Below, piece by piece: positions 28,117 through 38,026 of a stretch of 56,816 nucleotides of DNA. The position numbers and the translations under genes were made by a program. The notes beneath the pieces are model-generated. The model saw only the letters and a program-made list of their open reading frames with translations, was not told where the DNA came from and searched no databases. The stretch comes from a virus. Taxonomy: Duplodnaviria > Caudoviricetes. Location of the stretch: positions 1 through 56,816 of the IMG/VR virus record IMGVR_UViG_3300027833_001879; one strand, written 5' to 3'. The first letter of the stretch is position 1, and the number at the start of each line of letters is the position of its first letter.

Positions 28117-30009
28117 TTAGATAAGTTGAGCTCCACCACCGAACGTAAAGTTCATTGTGTAATACATTAATTCAGGATTGAACCCAGCATCTACTAAAGC
28201 AAATCTTGATTTAACCGCGATTTTAGGAGCCATAGTTCCTTCTGCGATTGTTTCAACAGATTCAGCCATTAAGTAAGGCATAAATACCAAACCAGGAGAA
28301 TTACCATCACCTTTACGTCCTACAGCTACTGTGTAGTCATTAAAAGCTCTGTTAGGATCTACATAAATTGTTACCCCAGCAATTGCACCGATTGGATATA
28401 AAGATCCACCAGCTTGGTTAACTGTGTTAGATAACGGGAATGCAATAAATCCAGCTACAGATTGAAGAGCAGTTGCCATTTCTCCACCTGTTACTGCAAA
28501 CGTTGCAGGTCCTCTTCTTCCTCTAGTAGCAATTAAGTTACTTGCAGCAAGAATTTTAGTATAGATTCTACGTTGTAGAGTTCCTTGAGTGTTTCCACCT
28601 CCAGCTACAGTAGCACCAGTTACAGCGACAGTTGCAATTGCATTAGTCGTGTTGTTAGGTCCTAAAGGTAAAGCAGCATTAGCGACAGGGGCAGCAGCAG
28701 CAGTAAATGCTTCTGATAAAACCGTACCGTTTACAGCTTGTACATTAACAGCGTTTGTTACACCGTTTCTGAAGATTCTATCCAAGATATACTTGTTAAT
28801 AGATTGAGTTAACTCATTTACCAATACTGCTTCAACTTGAGCGACAGCATCAATACCGAATTGCTTCAGATCTTGAACTTGTTCTCTTGTTACACCAGCA
28901 GCTACTTGGAAAGTATCAGCGGCAACAGATTTGTTAAATAAAGTTAATCCCATTAAGTTATCAACAGTAGATTCTCCAACACCTCTAAGGTAAGGATCAG
29001 TTCCATTCATGTTTTGAGATCCAGCAGCGAATGCAGGAGCCAAAGCAGCAGGGTTATTAGCTGGTTGGAATGCATTTCCAGAGAAACCTGAAATATGATC
29101 TTCCAACGCCTTAACGTATCCTAACTGAGTACCACCATTAATAGCAGTTTGGAATGTTCCACCAACAGTCATGGCAGCAACACCACCTACAAAGGTAGCT
29201 ACTTGTGAACCAGCTACAGCAGCACGAGTTGCACCAGCAGCAGGAGCAGCAGGCCATGCAGCAACAGCAAGTTGAATAAACCAGTTTGCACCGGCAGCAA
29301 TTGATGTATAAATCGGTTCAGCAGCACCTTCACCACCTTGTGTGAATGTATTTGCAATACCATTTGCACCAGTTGCAACAATTGCAGCAGTGGATGATCT
29401 TACTCTGAAGATTTTTAAACCGTCAATTCTAGAAACACCTACAAAAGTTAATTCGTAAGCAGGTCCGTCGGTTGCAGCAACATTAGAACCAACGTATATT
29501 ACATCGTTTACAGTCCAGTTAGCAGCACCACCTACAGCAGGAATTGCATCTACTTTAATTAAAAGAGAAGTACCATCTACATCTTGACCTCCATTTACAG
29601 GAGCTCCAGTAGTTCTACCTCCACCATATACAAAGTCTAAGTAAGTTAATACTCCCATAGGGCCTTGCATTGGTACAACAGGTACTAAGTCTAAACCTAC
29701 AGTCTGAGCTGCTACTTGCATTGCAAGTGGTAACAAAGAAAAAGGTCTGTCACCAGATCCAGTTACTTGTGCTGGGAAAGCATTCATTGATCCAGGGTTT
29801 CCTGGTAATGTTGCGTTGCCCATACTTTGAACATTCATGTTCGGGTTAAGGTGTACAGTATTGTAAACACTTTCATTAAGGTTATGGTAATGGCAATACT
29901 TAGACATCCAAGATAACTTAGATTTTTCAGTAATTCCAGTACTTTCCTCAATAACAGGTCCCCAAGTCTTTTGAACCTCAGCCTCATTGATTAATTGATT
30001 TGCGTACAT
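28117..30009 (-). CDS. gp23: Major capsid protein
   Basis: DLVPVVPMQGPMG, EQVQDLK..GID, NELTQSINK, TRGRRG, MPY..PKIAVKSRF. Confidence 0.95.
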   Translation of the reverse strand: MYANQLINEAEVQKTWGPVIEESTGITEKSKLSWMSKYCHYHNLNESVYNTVHLNPNMNVQSMGNATLPGNPGSMNAFPAQVTGSGDRPFSLLPLAMQVAAQTVGLDLVPVVPMQGPMGVLTYLDFVYGGGRTTGAPVNGGQDVDGTSLLIKVDAIPAVGGAANWTVNDVIYVGSNVAATDGPAYELTFVGVSRIDGLKIFRVRSSTAAIVATGANGIANTFTQGGEGAAEPIYTSIAAGANWFIQLAVAAWPAAPAAGATRAAVAGSQVATFVGGVAAMTVGGTFQTAINGGTQLGYVKALEDHISGFSGNAFQPANNPAALAPAFAAGSQNMNGTDPYLRGVGESTVDNLMGLTLFNKSVAADTFQVAAGVTREQVQDLKQFGIDAVAQVEAVLVNELTQSINKYILDRIFRNGVTNAVNVQAVNGTVLSEAFTAAAAPVANAALPLGPNNTTNAIATVAVTGATVAGGGNTQGTLQRRIYTKILAASNLIATRGRRGPATFAVTGGEMATALQSVAGFIAFPLSNTVNQAGGSLYPIGAIAGVTIYVDPNRAFNDYTVAVGRKGDGNSPGLVFMPYLMAESVETIAEGTMAPKIAVKSRFALVDAGFNPELMYYTMNFTFGGGAQLI

Positions 30010-30114
30010 TTTTTAAAATTATTTTTCGCATTTGTGGAATACTATTAATATTCCGTTTTTAATCGCCTAAGTCCTTTTCTTCTTGACTACTCGATTAATA
30101 TTGTTTAGATTAAG

Positions 30115-31827
30115 TTATCTACCTAATCTGAATTTCATTTTTTGAATTAAATCTGCAGAGAAGCTTTCATTTAATAATGGCTCAGTTTTTGCTTGAGCAG
30201 CTTCAGCAGCAGTTTTACTTTCATTGATTGATTCTAAATTCATTTGAGTATCTCTAAGATCTCTTGTTTGCCAAAAGTTATTAATAGCATAAGGAGTACT
30301 TAAAGAGTGGAATTTAGATTCAGCAATTATTTGTTCTTTTCTATTTTGTGACAGTGCATTCCATTTATCAGAATATTTAGACGGCATATCATTAATAAAA
30401 TTAATTGTCTTTCTTTCAGTTATAAAACATGAGTCCCAAACATTCTCTGCTTGTACAGTTGACATAATAGAATCTTTATTCATTGATTCAACTAATAGAA
30501 CTTTTTTATCATCAGCCAAAGAATCAAACTGATTCTTTTTAGATTCTGATAAGAAATTCATAAAGTGCATTTCAGAAAGATTTTTAGTTTCTGCCTTAGA
30601 AATTAAAGCAGCTAATTTTTCACTGATAGTATCTTTATAAGATTTAGTATCTTTAACAGTTTCAACTGATTCATTAATAGATTCTTCTATTGTTGCTTCA
30701 GATGATTCTTCGTTAATTAATGTTCCATCAACAGTATTTGCATTTTCTGCAATATACTCAGAATATTTAATAGACTTAGTTAAATTTTCACCAAGATATT
30801 CTGAATAAGCAATATTCTTATCAACAGTTTCAGCAACATACTCAGAGTATTCAATTCCTTTTTCTAATTTTTCTCCTAAGTAATTAGAATATTGAATTCC
30901 TTTATCTGCTTGTTCAGCAACGTGTTCGCTGTATTGAATAGTTTTATCTAGTTCTTCTCCTAAGTAAGAAGAATAGTTTTTAATCTTATCTACGTTTTCC
31001 GCTAAGTAGTCGGAGTAAGATATGCTTTTGTCAAGATTCTCAGATAAGTATTCAGAATAATCAGTTACCTGATTTACTTTCTCTGCAACATGCTCAGTGT
31101 ATGCAACCAATTTTTGAATTAGTTCATCACTGTTTGAATTTGCAGATTCCTTAACACTGTCTAATGTATTTTTAACATATTCAGTGTACTTATTGAAATC
31201 CTCAACGGTTACAAAATTTTCTGATGTATTTTCCATTGTTAGATCTGTTTTATTTGTTTTATTTATTTCGTCTTCAGTATTCTCCATTTCGTAAATGTAT
31301 AAACCTTCAGTATCTTCAAATCCATAAGATTCATTTACTCTCGCCAATTCTGCATTTTCAAAACCAGGATCAGCTACTAAATCATATGTAAAGAATTTTT
31401 TAATTTTAACTTTACCTGCCTCATCAACAGTACCTGCAGCTCTACTTGAAATATGTAATGGAATACCATCTTCTATTAATGCCTGAGCTTCTTTACCTTT
31501 TGTAGTATTTAGTAATCTTATTCTTCCTAAAACTTGCTTCTTTCCTTTATCGTATTCTAAATCTTCGATAACATGAGATACATTTGATAGACTAATATCA
31601 AAATCTTTAGGGTGGTCAAGCTCTCCTAACAATTTGTTAGTTTTAACTTTTTCCTTTAATTCATTTATATGAGGAAGAACTTCAGCCTCTTCATATATTC
31701 TATTGTTTTTATTCTTTACTCCGATCTCTGTAAATACACCTTCTAAAACAATTGAGCCATCGGCATCCTTTGTCATGTTTAGGTTAGACTTTGATCTTTC
31801 TAGAATTAAAAGTTTCTTATTAGACAT
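30115..31827 (-). CDS. gp21: Prohead protease fused to core/scaffold region
   Basis: LEGVF, KNKNNRIY, GELDHP, SH, ISSRAAG, TYDLVADPGF; long acidic coiled-coil C-terminus. Confidence 0.9.
   Translation of the reverse strand: MSNKKLLILERSKSNLNMTKDADGSIVLEGVFTEIGVKNKNNRIYEEAEVLPHINELKEKVKTNKLLGELDHPKDFDISLSNVSHVIEDLEYDKGKKQVLGRIRLLNTTKGKEAQALIEDGIPLHISSRAAGTVDEAGKVKIKKFFTYDLVADPGFENAELARVNESYGFEDTEGLYIYEMENTEDEINKTNKTDLTMENTSENFVTVEDFNKYTEYVKNTLDSVKESANSNSDELIQKLVAYTEHVAEKVNQVTDYSEYLSENLDKSISYSDYLAENVDKIKNYSSYLGEELDKTIQYSEHVAEQADKGIQYSNYLGEKLEKGIEYSEYVAETVDKNIAYSEYLGENLTKSIKYSEYIAENANTVDGTLINEESSEATIEESINESVETVKDTKSYKDTISEKLAALISKAETKNLSEMHFMNFLSESKKNQFDSLADDKKVLLVESMNKDSIMSTVQAENVWDSCFITERKTINFINDMPSKYSDKWNALSQNRKEQIIAESKFHSLSTPYAINNFWQTRDLRDTQMNLESINESKTAAEAAQAKTEPLLNESFSADLIQKMKFRLGR
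30736..31101. repeat. Nine degenerate 42-bp (14-aa) repeats YSEY(L/V)xExLxKxI
   Basis: Visible in translation of the protease/scaffold gene. Confidence 0.85.
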
Positions 31828-31848
31828 CTTTCTAGTTTATTATTTGAT

Positions 31849-31858
31849 TTATATATTA
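31849..31858 (-). promoter_or_regulatory. Putative late promoter (TAATATATAA)
   Basis: Repeated motif. Confidence 0.6.
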
Positions 31859-31874
31859 CAACTCTTATTAGTTT

Positions 31875-33521
31875 TTATATTCCAGCTAATGGGTCCTCTT
31901 CCATGCCGTCATCTTTCTTCTCTGGTTTAAAATCTTTAGGATTAGCGCCTAAAAGTATCTTTTCAATATCTTCTTCTTTATAACCAGCTACTGATAGTTC
32001 CTCACGTTCTTTTGCTCGGGCATTTGCTTTCATATCATCACGTGTAAATCCACCGTATCTCTTAATTAAGAATCCTAAATCAAAGTATGGTATTTCTTCC
32101 ATATCAGGACCCATTGTACTTAATTGAGTTTTCATATTACCAATAAAGTCTACTCTTTTTGTTGAAAGTTCCATTTCTTTCATTTCTTCAAATACATTAT
32201 CTTTTTCAAAACTTAATCCTAAACCAGCTTTAAATGCAATATCATTTTTTAATTCAGGATGATTAAGACACATTTGAAGATATACAGGCTTAACCAATAT
32301 TTCTTGCCATATAGATCTTAGTCTAGAAATAAATCTACCAAACTTAATTTCATCTCTTAACATACCACTTGCCTCCATATCATAAGTATTACCACCTTCT
32401 CTATCAAATCTAGAAAAAGGGATTTTTGATGCAAGTTGTAATTTATCAGAAAAGTATTTTAAAGATTCAGTATCACCTAAATCAGGACCGTCTCCACCAA
32501 TAGTTTGAATTTCTGGTGAATCACCATCTTTAGACGGTAGCCAGTATTCTTTATTAAACGGCATCATTGGCTTACCGTTAGTTTGTATTTCACCACTTTC
32601 AAAATTAAAATCAACAACCTCTCTATATGAATTCATTAATGTTGATAATGATTGTTTTGCTCTTGTTTTAGATTTACCACCGACTGGGATAGTAAACTGA
32701 GTTTTAAATGAAGCATTAGATACAGCCCAGATTATTCTACTATGCTCCATTATTCTTAATAAGTTAAATGATCTAATTAATCTTTCAACATAGGATATTC
32801 TCATTGGGGAATTAACTTGTGAATATGAAATGTATATTATTTGTGAATCCCATAATTTTCTTTCTTTTGCCCCTTCTCCTTTATATTGAATCCAAACCTT
32901 TTTACCATCTTCATCATCAATACCTGGCATTAGTGATATTGGATCTAATTCTTTAAAACCAATAATTTCAGTTTGCTTATCATTATAAACTATTTCAAAT
33001 GCAAGATAACCATCTATCATCCATTTTCTAAAATAATTCCAAGGGGATACCGAATCACTAAATCCAAAGTAATTATAAATGTTATTATATACATCATTAA
33101 TTTCTTCTTCAATAGATTCTCCTATGTGCCCATTAAAATCAGCATAAGCCATATAATTAGATTCATCAAACACAATGGCTTCATCTGTGATTACATCTAA
33201 GATCTCTTCTATTTCATCTTGTACTGCAAATTGTCTAAGCTGATCACGTTTTCTAATATAATCTTGGTCAAAGAATGCAATGTTTTTCTTTAATGTAGTA
33301 TCAGTTAATGATAGAGCAGCAAATGCACCATACATATCATCACTATCAGATCCCATTGGATTAAATGAATAACCCATCTGGTTTTCAGTAAAACCAACTG
33401 CCCTAGAATTACGAATGATCATATCATCATAAGCCATTCCTAAATTAGAAAGATCTTTAAGGATCTTTCTTACTGGATTACCAGTGCTTAAAGGACCTCT
33501 TCTATCTGTAAAACCTGCCAT
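31875..33521 (-). CDS. gp20: Portal protein
   Basis: FRKWMIDG, FNLLRIME, YWLP..G..I.TIGG, KYF..KL..ASKIP.SR, RDEIKFGRFISRLR. Confidence 0.95.
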   Translation of the reverse strand: MAGFTDRRGPLSTGNPVRKILKDLSNLGMAYDDMIIRNSRAVGFTENQMGYSFNPMGSDSDDMYGAFAALSLTDTTLKKNIAFFDQDYIRKRDQLRQFAVQDEIEEILDVITDEAIVFDESNYMAYADFNGHIGESIEEEINDVYNNIYNYFGFSDSVSPWNYFRKWMIDGYLAFEIVYNDKQTEIIGFKELDPISLMPGIDDEDGKKVWIQYKGEGAKERKLWDSQIIYISYSQVNSPMRISYVERLIRSFNLLRIMEHSRIIWAVSNASFKTQFTIPVGGKSKTRAKQSLSTLMNSYREVVDFNFESGEIQTNGKPMMPFNKEYWLPSKDGDSPEIQTIGGDGPDLGDTESLKYFSDKLQLASKIPFSRFDREGGNTYDMEASGMLRDEIKFGRFISRLRSIWQEILVKPVYLQMCLNHPELKNDIAFKAGLGLSFEKDNVFEEMKEMELSTKRVDFIGNMKTQLSTMGPDMEEIPYFDLGFLIKRYGGFTRDDMKANARAKEREELSVAGYKEEDIEKILLGANPKDFKPEKKDDGMEEDPLAGI

Positions 33522-33540
33522 ATTCTTGTTTTTTATTATT

Positions 33541-33550
33541 TTATATATTC
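33541..33550 (-). promoter_or_regulatory. Putative late promoter (GAATATATAA) for portal
   Basis: Repeated motif overlapping stop of upstream gene. Confidence 0.55.
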
Positions 33551-34119
33551 TTGTAGTATAATGATTGTGCTTGATTTATATTTCCACCGAAAAATTCATT
33601 CTCATTGTTCACTGCACCAACATACCAATCTTCATAACCTATTACATAAGGATTCTTCATTCTATCCATTCTGTACTGTCTTACACAATAAGTTAAATTA
33701 TATTTTTTACCGTATGCTCTTTTTAAAAATTCCCATTTAAAATTTGTTATAGGTTTTTGTTCTGATGGGTTACCTAATGCATTACCTTTAGTCAATGATT
33801 TTATTTGGCTCTGTAAAGAAACAGTTAATTCGGTTAAAAATGGAAGCCTAGCTTCATACGGCATATAATGTAAATTAATACCTAATTGATGACCATCATC
33901 TGATTCCCCTAAACCAATTACTAAAGGTTTAGTATCATAAAAAGTTTCTTGTGTTGTATAATAATTAAAACAATACATTTTACCCGGCTGTAATGGTCCT
34001 TTACTTTTTGCACCAATTCTAGGTATATCATTAGTTGATTGTTTAGACGCACCAGTCCTACCTTTGTTTTCAGCAAGGTAAATATCAAGGTCTTGTTTAA
34101 ATACTCCTATTAAAGCCAT
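33541..34119 (-). CDS. gp2: DNA end protector protein-like
   Basis: PGKMY.F.Y, YDTKPLV, GINLHYMP..R, CVRQY. Confidence 0.8.
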   Translation of the reverse strand: MALIGVFKQDLDIYLAENKGRTGASKQSTNDIPRIGAKSKGPLQPGKMYCFNYYTTQETFYDTKPLVIGLGESDDGHQLGINLHYMPYEARLPFLTELTVSLQSQIKSLTKGNALGNPSEQKPITNFKWEFLKRAYGKKYNLTYCVRQYRMDRMKNPYVIGYEDWYVGAVNNENEFFGGNINQAQSLYYKNI

Positions 34120-34595
34120 TAGAATAAATTTGAATCTTCGGTTAACAACATTACTTTACAATTTCTTTCTTTTGCCATTTTATTTAAAGCATTTGTTTTA
34201 CATAAATTTCTTACATATGATTCGTAAGCATATTTAAAGCTTTTTAATGCCTTTGCTGTTTTTCGTTTAGGTTCTTTTGGTTTTTGCAATTGAGCCTTAG
34301 GTTTTATTTCAACAACATATTCTTGTGTAGCATCTCCCTTTTTCATCTTAAAGAAAAAATCAGGGTAATATTTATGCCATCTATTATCTAATAAATTAAA
34401 GTAAGGTATGGAGAAAGGTTCAGAAATCCAATAAATAACATCTTCATTATGATCACACCAATGACAAAACTTTCTTTCCCAGCTACTTCTATATATGATA
34501 GGATCCCCTCCTCTATACTTCTGAGGGAACTTAGGTTTATAATACCCTTGCTTAAATCCAGATTTAGATGTAGGTTTTACCTTTTTTATACTCAT
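34119..34595 (-). CDS. gp4: Head completion nuclease (TnsA-like)
   Basis: YRSSWE, W.SE..IPY, YYPDF, VEIKP..Q, LLTE. Confidence 0.9.
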   Translation of the reverse strand: MSIKKVKPTSKSGFKQGYYKPKFPQKYRGGDPIIYRSSWERKFCHWCDHNEDVIYWISEPFSIPYFNLLDNRWHKYYPDFFFKMKKGDATQEYVVEIKPKAQLQKPKEPKRKTAKALKSFKYAYESYVRNLCKTNALNKMAKERNCKVMLLTEDSNLF

Positions 34596-34601
34596 GCAAA
34601 T

Positions 34602-34967
34602 TTATATCGTATAAATACCTTCGCTATCAGCACTCCCGTTAATTGAAACTGTGCCATGATATTTTTTTGGATGTAATTTATTCCAACCTTTTGCAAATCC
34701 TCTTTTAGCTATTTCAGTAAAATAAGCAAATGCATTTGTACTTTTTTCTGGATTAAAATTTCTCCAATATCTATAAAGATCCATATAAGCATACGCAATA
34801 CAGTCTTGTCTATCTTCTGGGTTTCTATATGTTAATTTTCGTGAACATTTATCTGCTAATAACATTAGAAATTCTAAAGCCTTTGGGGTTAACTCGTCTT
34901 GTTCTTTTGACAAAACGATTTGATCCAATAGATCTCTGTTATTTAAATAGTTTCTTTTCCTTGCCAT
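34602..34967 (-). CDS. gp55: Late transcription sigma factor
   Basis: YLNNRDL, NFNPEKSTNAFAYFTEI. Confidence 0.88.
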   Translation of the reverse strand: MARKRNYLNNRDLLDQIVLSKEQDELTPKALEFLMLLADKCSRKLTYRNPEDRQDCIAYAYMDLYRYWRNFNPEKSTNAFAYFTEIAKRGFAKGWNKLHPKKYHGTVSINGSADSEGIYTI

Positions 34968-34988
34968 TGACTTTGTTTTATTTATTAT

Positions 34989-35015
34989 TTATATACAAGA
35001 AAGGACCGATTGTTT
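34989..35015 (-). promoter_or_regulatory. Putative middle-type promoter for late sigma
   Basis: AAAC-N16-TATATAA. Confidence 0.6.
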
Positions 35016-35029
35016 AATCAATCGGTCCT
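34997..35029 (-). terminator. Hairpin / terminator overlapping gp55 promoter
   Basis: AGGACCGATTG-6-CAATCGGTCCT inverted repeat followed by TTCTT on minus strand. Confidence 0.7.
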
Positions 35030-35058
35030 CTAATTACATTAAACTAGTATTATAAAAA

Positions 35059-36942
35059 TTATATCTTAACTTCTAAATCTCCTTTAGGCATTATTATACT
35101 TTTTCCATTCTTAGGGATAATTACACTTAACATATCATCATCACCTAGAGAAGCATATTCTTCAGCATTAACTAAAACTTCTTGTCTTACTTTAAGACCT
35201 TGCCCGCTTTTTTTAACCGATGCTTCTACGAAGCCGTCGTTTAAATAGTCGTCTTTAGTTTTTTTTTCAGTAATATATGAATTAGCTAATTCTTTTTCTT
35301 TTCCGTTTAACTCTTCAGCTAATAAATTTAAAGCTTCTGTTAATTCTTCAGTTTCACCTAACTTTTTAATAGCAGCTTCAACTTCAGATTTCTTTTCTTC
35401 TAGGAAAGAAATAGAATCAGTAAGATCTTTTCTTTTATTTTCTTCAATTGCTTTTTCATTATTTTCAGCAAGTAATCTTTCAGAAAGAATTGGAGAAATA
35501 TCAAAATTAATAAATTCTTTTACAACATCAACAGTTTCAGTTGCAGTGTCAAGTTTTATCATTTCATTTAATCCCATACCTGGATTTACTTTATTAATAT
35601 AGATACCTTCCTGTACGCCAATCATTGTTAAAAAGACATCAGCATATTCTTGGTTCTGTATTGTAGTAAAGTCATCTAATTCACAAACTAAATCAACACT
35701 TTCAAAGAATTTACAAATTTTATCATTTTGCCATTGATTTTTATACCCTGAGAATTGAGTTGCTTGTAAAGTTTCTTTTAATTCAATTATACTATAATTT
35801 GATAAATCAATTTTGCCCATTGTTAAAGTTCCTTCGGCAATATTATATGTTAATGATTTATTGTTGTCTCCATGTAATGAAAGTATATCTCCAGTTCTTG
35901 AGAACATTTTTAAACCTTCGGATACATCGAAGAATCGTGGATCAGTTACAGTTGCTTCTGTAATGCTTTTACCATCATAAGTATAATTCTTACCATGTAA
36001 TTGGAATGTTAATCCATTTTCAGATTCTAATACAGGCGAAAGAATTTTTACAACCTTTCCGTTTGCAGTAGATGCAACTTTTTGATCTTCAGCATTCATT
36101 TCATTTACAATTGCTTTAGCATCCATTGACCACGGGTTCTTAGCAGCAATAACAGCGAATTTAGATTTTACATCCGATTCATTTAATAAAGAAACTAAAT
36201 CAGAATTTAATGATTCCATTAATTTTCCTTTTTGAAATGATGTTCTTTCAATAGATTCACTAATTCTAAAGTGCCATTTAGATTTATTATATGATTCCAT
36301 TATATACTCTCTCAATTCAGAAATTGGATTTAACCAAGTACTTTGAGATAATTTAGTATATAGGTCTCTTGCGATTTTAAATTTAAGATTAGGATTAGTA
36401 GATTTCTCTATCTCTTCGCTAATTAATGCAAGGTCAGCATTTTTAAGTTTCATTGGGAATGCAGATAATGCTCCCTCTAGAATAGTTAAAGATTCTTTAA
36501 CAGAATATGAAACTCTGGAGTTATCATTATCCATTGCTTTTAATCCGTTAATACTATCCATAACGTTTTCATACAGATCGGTTAATGTAAAGTTCATTTT
36601 GTTATGATTTTTTTGATTATTGTTTTCAGTGTATATATCGGATTTATCTTTATTGCTTTTACGATACATGGATATTCCAGACATTGCCATCTGTTGTGGT
36701 ATTCCCATACCAACTAAAATAGCTAATACTTGTTCATCTGTCATTGATCCACTATGATCGATTTTATGATCATTGTCAACATCTGACATTCTACCACTTT
36801 GTTGAAACAATACATGAATGATATCCAATAATTGTTGTCTTGGTTGATTTAAAAAAGGAGCGTCAGTTTGTACACCTGCTTGTGGATTTACTCCACCATC
36901 AGAATACACCTGAGTCTGCCCTTCATTTGTTGTGTTTTCCAT
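35059..36942 (-). CDS. Hypothetical late (structural) protein
   Basis: 627-aa acidic protein, late promoter, several (I/L)xE sites, C-terminal coiled coil plus small domain. Confidence 0.7.
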   Translation of the reverse strand: MENTTNEGQTQVYSDGGVNPQAGVQTDAPFLNQPRQQLLDIIHVLFQQSGRMSDVDNDHKIDHSGSMTDEQVLAILVGMGIPQQMAMSGISMYRKSNKDKSDIYTENNNQKNHNKMNFTLTDLYENVMDSINGLKAMDNDNSRVSYSVKESLTILEGALSAFPMKLKNADLALISEEIEKSTNPNLKFKIARDLYTKLSQSTWLNPISELREYIMESYNKSKWHFRISESIERTSFQKGKLMESLNSDLVSLLNESDVKSKFAVIAAKNPWSMDAKAIVNEMNAEDQKVASTANGKVVKILSPVLESENGLTFQLHGKNYTYDGKSITEATVTDPRFFDVSEGLKMFSRTGDILSLHGDNNKSLTYNIAEGTLTMGKIDLSNYSIIELKETLQATQFSGYKNQWQNDKICKFFESVDLVCELDDFTTIQNQEYADVFLTMIGVQEGIYINKVNPGMGLNEMIKLDTATETVDVVKEFINFDISPILSERLLAENNEKAIEENKRKDLTDSISFLEEKKSEVEAAIKKLGETEELTEALNLLAEELNGKEKELANSYITEKKTKDDYLNDGFVEASVKKSGQGLKVRQEVLVNAEEYASLGDDDMLSVIIPKNGKSIIMPKGDLEVKI

Positions 36943-36963
36943 ATTACACTAATTTGATTTGTT

Positions 36964-36973
36964 TTATATATTC
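36964..36973 (-). promoter_or_regulatory. Putative late promoter (GAATATATAA)
   Basis: Repeated motif. Confidence 0.65.
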
Positions 36974-36995
36974 TAAGTCTTGGTTGTTAATTGTT

Positions 36996-37997
36996 TCATC
37001 CACCAAAGCCATCATCAACAGATCCTAATCCTGATTCGTCTACTGTTGGTTCTGCTTTCGCATTCCTATAATTTAAACTTTCTAATGATTCAGGAACTAC
37101 TGGTGCAGATGATACTGAGCTATCACCAAAAGGACCGCCAGTTAATACTGCATCTGGATCAATATATCCTTTATTACTAAATGCACCACCTGGTTGTACT
37201 TTAGCTATACTTTCTGTTGTTGTTATTAATTCTTGGAATAAACCTCCAAAGAATATTCCTAATTCATTATTTGGTCCTGCTCTTAAAGTACCTACACCAG
37301 CTGCATTAGGATTTGATTTAATAGCTGCTGTTGTCATTAGAGATATTTCAGGAATTAAAATACCTTCCTCAAACACCGGCATAAATGAACTTACTTCAAT
37401 AGGAAATGTTACACTCCATTCTTTTTTATCATTTAACTGAAATTCAAATAATCTATTTTGACTATAATCTTCTGGTACTGCAAAGGTTGCAGCAACTCTC
37501 ATCATACCTAAGTCAACTTGGAATAATGTATTCTTGTAAATTTTACTCATTAAAGATTCGGTTACCTTTAACATTTCCAGATTAGATGAACATACTACGG
37601 TACAATCAAATGACATATTTAACGGCAGGAAATTAGTTTCTAATGAAAAGGTTTTTAATACACCGTCCCATTCTTGTACAAACTCACTTCTAGCAAACTT
37701 ATTTGTTTGGTTACCTGAATCTATGGATATACCAGTTAACTGTATAATACCTCTTGGTACTGACTCATAATCACCTATGGCCTTACCTTTGGCTTCTGCA
37801 TCATACAGAAAATTATCCATAAGAAAACGACCATCACCAGTAATAGAGTAGAAAAATGGAACAGGAATTTTCTTCAGAGTATCCTCGTCAATTTGATTAT
37901 AATAATAAACTTTATCTTTTAGTTCTGCTAAAAGAGCTACTATAATATAACGCAGTATTGTGTTGTCTTTATTAAACTCTTGATTATATGCTGACAT
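36996..37997 (-). CDS. Tail sheath stabiliser / tail completion protein (gp15-like)
   Basis: R.IIV.....IPVPF.Y...RF....PRG.I....I pattern; late-type ATAAATA at 38024-38030. Confidence 0.65.
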   Translation of the reverse strand: MSAYNQEFNKDNTILRYIIVALLAELKDKVYYYNQIDEDTLKKIPVPFFYSITGDGRFLMDNFLYDAEAKGKAIGDYESVPRGIIQLTGISIDSGNQTNKFARSEFVQEWDGVLKTFSLETNFLPLNMSFDCTVVCSSNLEMLKVTESLMSKIYKNTLFQVDLGMMRVAATFAVPEDYSQNRLFEFQLNDKKEWSVTFPIEVSSFMPVFEEGILIPEISLMTTAAIKSNPNAAGVGTLRAGPNNELGIFFGGLFQELITTTESIAKVQPGGAFSNKGYIDPDAVLTGGPFGDSSVSSAPVVPESLESLNYRNAKAEPTVDESGLGSVDDGFGG

Positions 37998-38026
37998 GTG
38001 CCATTTTAATTTTTCTTGTATTATAT

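Noticed and set aside
8227-31101. CRISPR array or diversity-generating retroelement repeats
   Set aside because: All repeats found are in-frame coding repeats without unique spacers; no reverse transcriptase or adenine-specific variation
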